Assembly (NCBI GenBank): GCA_965222605.1
Contig: OZ244960.1
Location: 3,040,001-3,104,000 of the forward strand
Direction: 5' to 3'
DNA: 64,000 nt
From: Candidatus Latescibacterota bacterium
GTDB taxonomy: Bacteria; Latescibacterota; UBA2968
Position 1 is the stretch's first letter; each line of letters opens with the position of its first letter. Below the pieces are notes generated by a model. That model did no database searches and was not told the origin of the DNA. It worked only from the letters and a program-made list of their open reading frames with translations. Below, piece by piece: positions 59,769 to 64,000 of the stretch. Both the position numbers and the translations under genes were made by a program.

Positions 59769-60446
59769 CTATCCTCTGATGTTTTCTGTGACGACATGGC
59801 CGTCGAACAAGTGGATGATGCGATGGGCGTATCCCGCGTCGTGCGAGTTGTGAGTTACCATGACGATTGTCGTGCCGTTTTTGTTCAATTCGGTCAACAG
59901 ATCCATGACCTCGTTGCCGTTTGCCGAGTCCAGATTACCCGTTGGCTCGTCTGCGAGGATGATATTGGGATTTGATATGACGGCTCTCGCCACGGCTACG
60001 CGCTGCTGCTGACCGCCTGACAGTTGCTGCGGGAAATGCTTTTCGCGGTGTTTGATGCCCATGTATTCCAGCGATTCATTTAGGCGCTGTTTGCGCTCGC
60101 TGGCTGGTAAGCCCAGGTATAACAGGGGCAATTCCACGTTTTCGGCTACGGTGAGTTCGTCGATGAGATTGAAACTTTGAAACACAAAGCCGATGTTCGA
60201 CTTGCGGGTATTGGCTCTTTGCCGCTCGGTGTGTTTGGATACTTCTTCACTGTTCAGAAAGTATTCCCCGCCGGTCGGATTGTCCAGCAGGCCAATCACG
60301 TTCAAGAGCGTGGATTTGCCGCAGCCCGACGGTCCCATAACGGCGACAAAATCGCCTTCGTCAATGTCTACATTGACATTGTTCAGGGCGGTTGTTTCCA
60401 CTTCTTCTGTGGTATAGACTTTCTGGAGGTTGACGGTTTTGATCAT
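59769..60446 (-). CDS. ABC transporter ATP-binding protein (MacB/LolD type)
   Basis: GPSGCGKST, LSGGQQQRVAVARA, ILADEPTGNLD, MVTHN. Confidence 0.95.
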   Translation of the reverse strand: MIKTVNLQKVYTTEEVETTALNNVNVDIDEGDFVAVMGPSGCGKSTLLNVIGLLDNPTGGEYFLNSEEVSKHTERQRANTRKSNIGFVFQSFNLIDELTVAENVELPLLYLGLPASERKQRLNESLEYMGIKHREKHFPQQLSGGQQQRVAVARAVISNPNIILADEPTGNLDSANGNEVMDLLTELNKNGTTIVMVTHNSHDAGYAHRIIHLFDGHVVTENIRG

Positions 60447-60480
60447 TGTGAAACTCCTTTTGTAAAAAGCGATTAGCGTA

Positions 60481-61836
60481 CTACTTTAAAATCAATTTGT
60501 CGATTTCTTCGTAATTATCGTATGACGATGTGACCACGCGCTCGCCAGGGGAGAGGCCGGCGAGGACTTCGAAGTATTCGGGGCTTTGGCGTCCAATGCG
60601 TACGTCGCGGCGTACGGCTTCATCGCCTTCGACTACAAATACCCAGTTGCCGCCTGTTGTTTGATAAAAGCCACCGCGGGGCAGCAACAGGGCTTCTTCG
60701 GGTGCGTCGAGTTCCAATCGTATCTGTTCTGTTTGACCGCGCCGAATGCTTTGAGGTGTCGCATCGATAAAATCCATATCGACTTCAAATTGTCCCTCTA
60801 CGACTTCGGGGAAAACGCGACGGATTGTTAGTTCATAAGTTTCATCGCCGATTTCAATGGTGCCTTTGAGTCCTCTGGTGATTCTCGTGATGTAAAATTC
60901 ATCAATGCCCACCCGCATTTTATAGGCGTCGAGTACATCGACCTGACCAATGCGCCTTCCCCTGTTTAACAATTGGCCGATTTCTGCGTTTAATTGGGAC
61001 AATTGTCCGGCAATGGGCGCGCGTACGGTCAGGTTTTCCAACGGGCGGCGCACATGGTCCAATTGCCGTTGCAAGCTCTGGGCGCGCGTGTCCAGTGCAG
61101 CGAGTTGGTTGATGCGATACAGCGAGTCCTGGCGTACTGTTTCCAATGCAAATGATTTGCGTTTTTGATCGTTTTGATATCGATCTCGCGCAATTTCAAA
61201 TTGGTCTTTGGAACTCAATCCGCGTTCATACAAAACTTTCTGTTTATTGTATCGGCGTTCTGATTCCCGCAAATTCAATTCAACGCGCATCAGTTCTTCG
61301 CGGTTGCGAATGGCCCGAGCTTCCACATTTAACCGCGTGTTTTCCATGTTGTTAATTTGTTCAAACAAGTTGGCTTCCTGGGTTAAAATATTTTGTTCCA
61401 GGGTTGGATTTGACAATTTCAAAATGGGCGTGCCTTTTTCGACCATTGTTCCTTCTTCCAGGAAAAGTTCCCCTATTTGTCCGCCTTCCAGTGCGTCGAG
61501 ATAATATGTTTGAATCGGCAATACGGTGCCGCGTTGAACGGTAAATTCCTGAAAGGGGCCGCGTGTGACTTCCGAAATGGTAATCCGCTCGACCTGTACA
61601 TTGAGTCTGGCGCTGTGGTCGCCAAAGATCGCCATGTAGATCACGGCACACACAAACGCCGCGATTGCGCCTATGCTCGCAATGCGCTTTGGTGTCCATA
61701 TTTTCTTTTCGACTCTGCGGTCCATGCCGTCCTCGCCCGTGGTGCCTGTTGCCGGTTGGGACGAGGAAGACCCGCTGCCTACAAAGCTGGGCACGGCTTT
61801 CTTTTTTGGCGCATTATCTTGTTCGGGCGTTGACAC
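60481..61836 (-). CDS. Periplasmic adaptor (MacA/HlyD family membrane fusion protein)
   Basis: N-terminal TM, GTMVEKGTPILKL lipoyl half, coiled coil, VRAPIAGQL, EVLAGLSPGERVV; start could be MDRRVEK. Confidence 0.9.
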   Translation of the reverse strand: MSTPEQDNAPKKKAVPSFVGSGSSSSQPATGTTGEDGMDRRVEKKIWTPKRIASIGAIAAFVCAVIYMAIFGDHSARLNVQVERITISEVTRGPFQEFTVQRGTVLPIQTYYLDALEGGQIGELFLEEGTMVEKGTPILKLSNPTLEQNILTQEANLFEQINNMENTRLNVEARAIRNREELMRVELNLRESERRYNKQKVLYERGLSSKDQFEIARDRYQNDQKRKSFALETVRQDSLYRINQLAALDTRAQSLQRQLDHVRRPLENLTVRAPIAGQLSQLNAEIGQLLNRGRRIGQVDVLDAYKMRVGIDEFYITRITRGLKGTIEIGDETYELTIRRVFPEVVEGQFEVDMDFIDATPQSIRRGQTEQIRLELDAPEEALLLPRGGFYQTTGGNWVFVVEGDEAVRRDVRIGRQSPEYFEVLAGLSPGERVVTSSYDNYEEIDKLILK

Positions 61837-62003
61837 GTTTCTTTCCTCTATCTAAAATTTGGTGTGTCATAGAATGCTGAATGAGAAAAATAGTCATACT
61901 TTGAACAATATTCAACTTTGTTTTGCGTCAATGTGCCTCTATCACATCCCCATCCTCGATTGTTACTCATTCATTCAGGTAGCGTGAACGTATAAAAATA
62001 GTA

Positions 62004-62020
62004 AGCAATTCCTGTGCCAA
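62004..62020 (-). promoter_or_regulatory. Sigma54 -24/-12 promoter of the ABC operon
   Basis: Minus strand TTGGCAC-AGGAA-TTGCT, matching the TGGCAC-N5-TTGC consensus. Confidence 0.85.
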
Positions 62021-62083
62021 AAACTTCTTTTCTATGTTTTACAAGTAGTTATGAAAATTTGTGTCATGAACGCAGTTCAATAA

Positions 62084-62122
62084 GTGTCCGATTTTGATAC
62101 AGTAGTGTCCGAAAATGAACAC
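62084..62122. promoter_or_regulatory. Tandem candidate enhancer (bEBP) sites
   Basis: GTGTCCGATTTTGATAC and GTGTCCGAAAATGAACAC imperfect palindromes about 65-100 nt upstream of the sigma54 site. Confidence 0.6.
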
Positions 62123-62221
62123 TTAAACTAAAAACAGGCACATTATTTTTAGTTCAATGTGCCTGCTGTATTAGCCATATCTATCGAGCAACCTGTAAGA
62201 GAAAGAATGAGATGCTTGTTT

Positions 62222-64000
62222 TTACTCCGTCCGCAAGGCATCCACTGGATTTGTCCGTGCGGCTTTGAGTGCTTGATAGGTCATGGTTGCGAGTGCGAGC
62301 AAGAGAGCGAGAACACCGCCTATGAGAAAATACATAGGGTGCAGGTCGATGCGATAGGCGAAGTCCTGCAACCATCTGCCCACAAACAGATAGGCTATGG
62401 GACAGGCGATCACGCTGGCGACTATTACGAGTTTGACAAATTCTTTGGCTAATAAATTGAAAATACTGAACACCGATGCGCCCAGGACTTTCCGAATGCC
62501 AATTTCTTTTGTTTTTTGTTCTGCGCGAAACGAAATCAGGCCAAGCAGTCCCAGGCATGCTACGAAAATTGTCAATCCGGAAAACACTGTTAGTGCATTC
62601 CCCGTGCGAATTTCATTTTGATAACGCACGCGTGTCAGGTCATCATTCAAAATCCAAAAAGTAAATGGTATTTGTGGTAAAAACTCGCGCCATGTTTTCT
62701 CTATAAAAGCAAGGGTTTCCTGCATGTTCTGTGTGCTCAATTTGAGGTAGAGATATTTGCCCGCTCCCGTACGAGTTTTGAATGTAACGGGTCGAATGGC
62801 ATTGTGCAATGTTTGAACGTGAAAGTTTTTTATTACACCTACTACATATCCCTCGGGTCCATTTTTTTCTTTAAAACGCTTGCCAATCGGTTCGTCCCAT
62901 CCAAGCTGCTGTACGGCTGTTTCATTTAAGATATAAGGCTGGCCTTTTTCTCGATACTCTCGCACTTTTTTTTCATATTCTTGCAACTCACCAGGATTTT
63001 TTATTGTTTCTGGTAGCTTTGGTGGTTCTGGTGCCAGACGGCCTGCTACCAGTTCGATATTGAAGAAGTCCAGATAATCGCGGTCGATATCAAATACGCC
63101 CATCTGCCAGTCGGCGTCATCGGCCCGAAAAGTATCGGTTGTGATGTACCCGCCTTGCGGGAAACGCGTGGCTGTTGCTTTCACGATATTTGGGTGTGCC
63201 ATGAACACCTGTTTTACCGTGGGAATACGCCATCTCAGATCTTCTGACCCACCGTGATGTAGTTGCCGAGAATAGATGAAAATCGGTATGCCGACCACGA
63301 GTTTTTTGTCAAATCCGAGGTCTTTATTTCGGATATACGTTAGTTGTTCTTGTACGACAACAGTACCTGTGATGAAAGCAATTGAAATTGCAAATTGGAA
63401 GACCACCAGGGCTTTTCGCAGCCCAACGTGTTTCGATCCCGGTATCCAATCCCCTTTCATCACCTGTGTGGGCAAAAAGGATGAGAGTACAAATGCGGGA
63501 TAACTTCCCGCGAGTACACCCACGGCAAGTCCAAACCCGATCAACCCGACCAGCCACCACAGATTTTCACTGCTGTGCAATATCAGATCTCGTTGAATAA
63601 AACTGTTAAACCGTGGCAGGACCAGTTCGACTAAGGCGAGTGCCACCATCATTGCAGTTAGTGCCATCAGTATTGATTCGCCCAAAAATTGTCCGATCAA
63701 TTGTTGGCGAGATGCGCCCACCACTTTTCGCAATCCCACCTCACGCGCTCTGGAAGACGAACGCGCTGTTGAGAGATTCATAAAGTTGACACAGGCGAGT
63801 ACCAGAATAAAACTCGCTACGAGACCAAAGGCATACACCTGCTTGATATCGCCATATTCCGCATGGCTATAAAGATGCACGCGCGTGAGGGGCTGCAATA
63901 TGTACCGGGTCGTTTGGCGCACTTCATCTCCCATGTATTGCGCCATAAAATCGGGTAGTTTTTGTTCTAATGCGCGATGGTCGTAGCTTTTGGGCAACAG
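62222..64000 (-). CDS. MacB/FtsX-like duplicated ABC permease (5' end outside window)
   Basis: ACVNFMNLSTARSSSRAREVGLRKVVGA, EQKTKEIGIRKVLGA, NPVDALRTE. Confidence 0.92.
   Translation of the reverse strand: MLPKSYDHRALEQKLPDFMAQYMGDEVRQTTRYILQPLTRVHLYSHAEYGDIKQVYAFGLVASFILVLACVNFMNLSTARSSSRAREVGLRKVVGASRQQLIGQFLGESILMALTAMMVALALVELVLPRFNSFIQRDLILHSSENLWWLVGLIGFGLAVGVLAGSYPAFVLSSFLPTQVMKGDWIPGSKHVGLRKALVVFQFAISIAFITGTVVVQEQLTYIRNKDLGFDKKLVVGIPIFIYSRQLHHGGSEDLRWRIPTVKQVFMAHPNIVKATATRFPQGGYITTDTFRADDADWQMGVFDIDRDYLDFFNIELVAGRLAPEPPKLPETIKNPGELQEYEKKVREYREKGQPYILNETAVQQLGWDEPIGKRFKEKNGPEGYVVGVIKNFHVQTLHNAIRPVTFKTRTGAGKYLYLKLSTQNMQETLAFIEKTWREFLPQIPFTFWILNDDLTRVRYQNEIRTGNALTVFSGLTIFVACLGLLGLISFRAEQKTKEIGIRKVLGASVFSIFNLLAKEFVKLVIVASVIACPIAYLFVGRWLQDFAYRIDLHPMYFLIGGVLALLLALATMTYQALKAARTNPVDALRTE

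Noticed and set aside
22192-64000. Diversity-generating retroelement acting on the permease paralogues or duplicated 3' ends
   Set aside because: No reverse transcriptase in the window, and the mismatches are largely synonymous and not restricted to adenines.

Overview
Bacterial chromosomal segment with about 50 genes, mostly on the minus strand. The content (many sulfatases, PhyH dioxygenases, Gfo/Idh/MocA oxidoreductases, expanded MacB/FtsX-like permeases, TA modules) resembles marine or sponge-associated heterotrophs such as Latescibacterota, Gemmatimonadota or Poribacteria; this taxonomy is inference only. Core genes are hom, a dnaN-recF-dciA-gyrB-gyrA operon with no adjacent dnaA, and addB-addA. 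Catabolic blocks include a sulfatase/GH2/GH117/PhyH locus. A sigma54-driven MacAB-like ABC operon has two ATPases, one adaptor and several permeases. Accessory DNA includes brnT-brnA, two AAA-ATPase plus partner pairs (candidate defence systems), orphan antitoxins, a Fic protein, a PcfJ-domain protein, a PhnZ-like HD enzyme and a tnpB-only IS200/IS605 element whose ends and TTAT target can be reconstructed. The most unusual signal is that small cargo genes sit between a host gene's working 3' end and a diverged, stop-codon-containing second copy of that 3' end (brnTA at addA; the HD gene at an ABC ATPase), with no integrase in the window. Also seen are a covarying 23-nt mini-hairpin nested inside two different REP types, an alpha/beta-hydrolase fused to a SAM-halogenase-type C-terminal domain, and strongly non-canonical quinolone-binding residues in gyrase. 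All family calls are by visual motif recognition; no searches were run.
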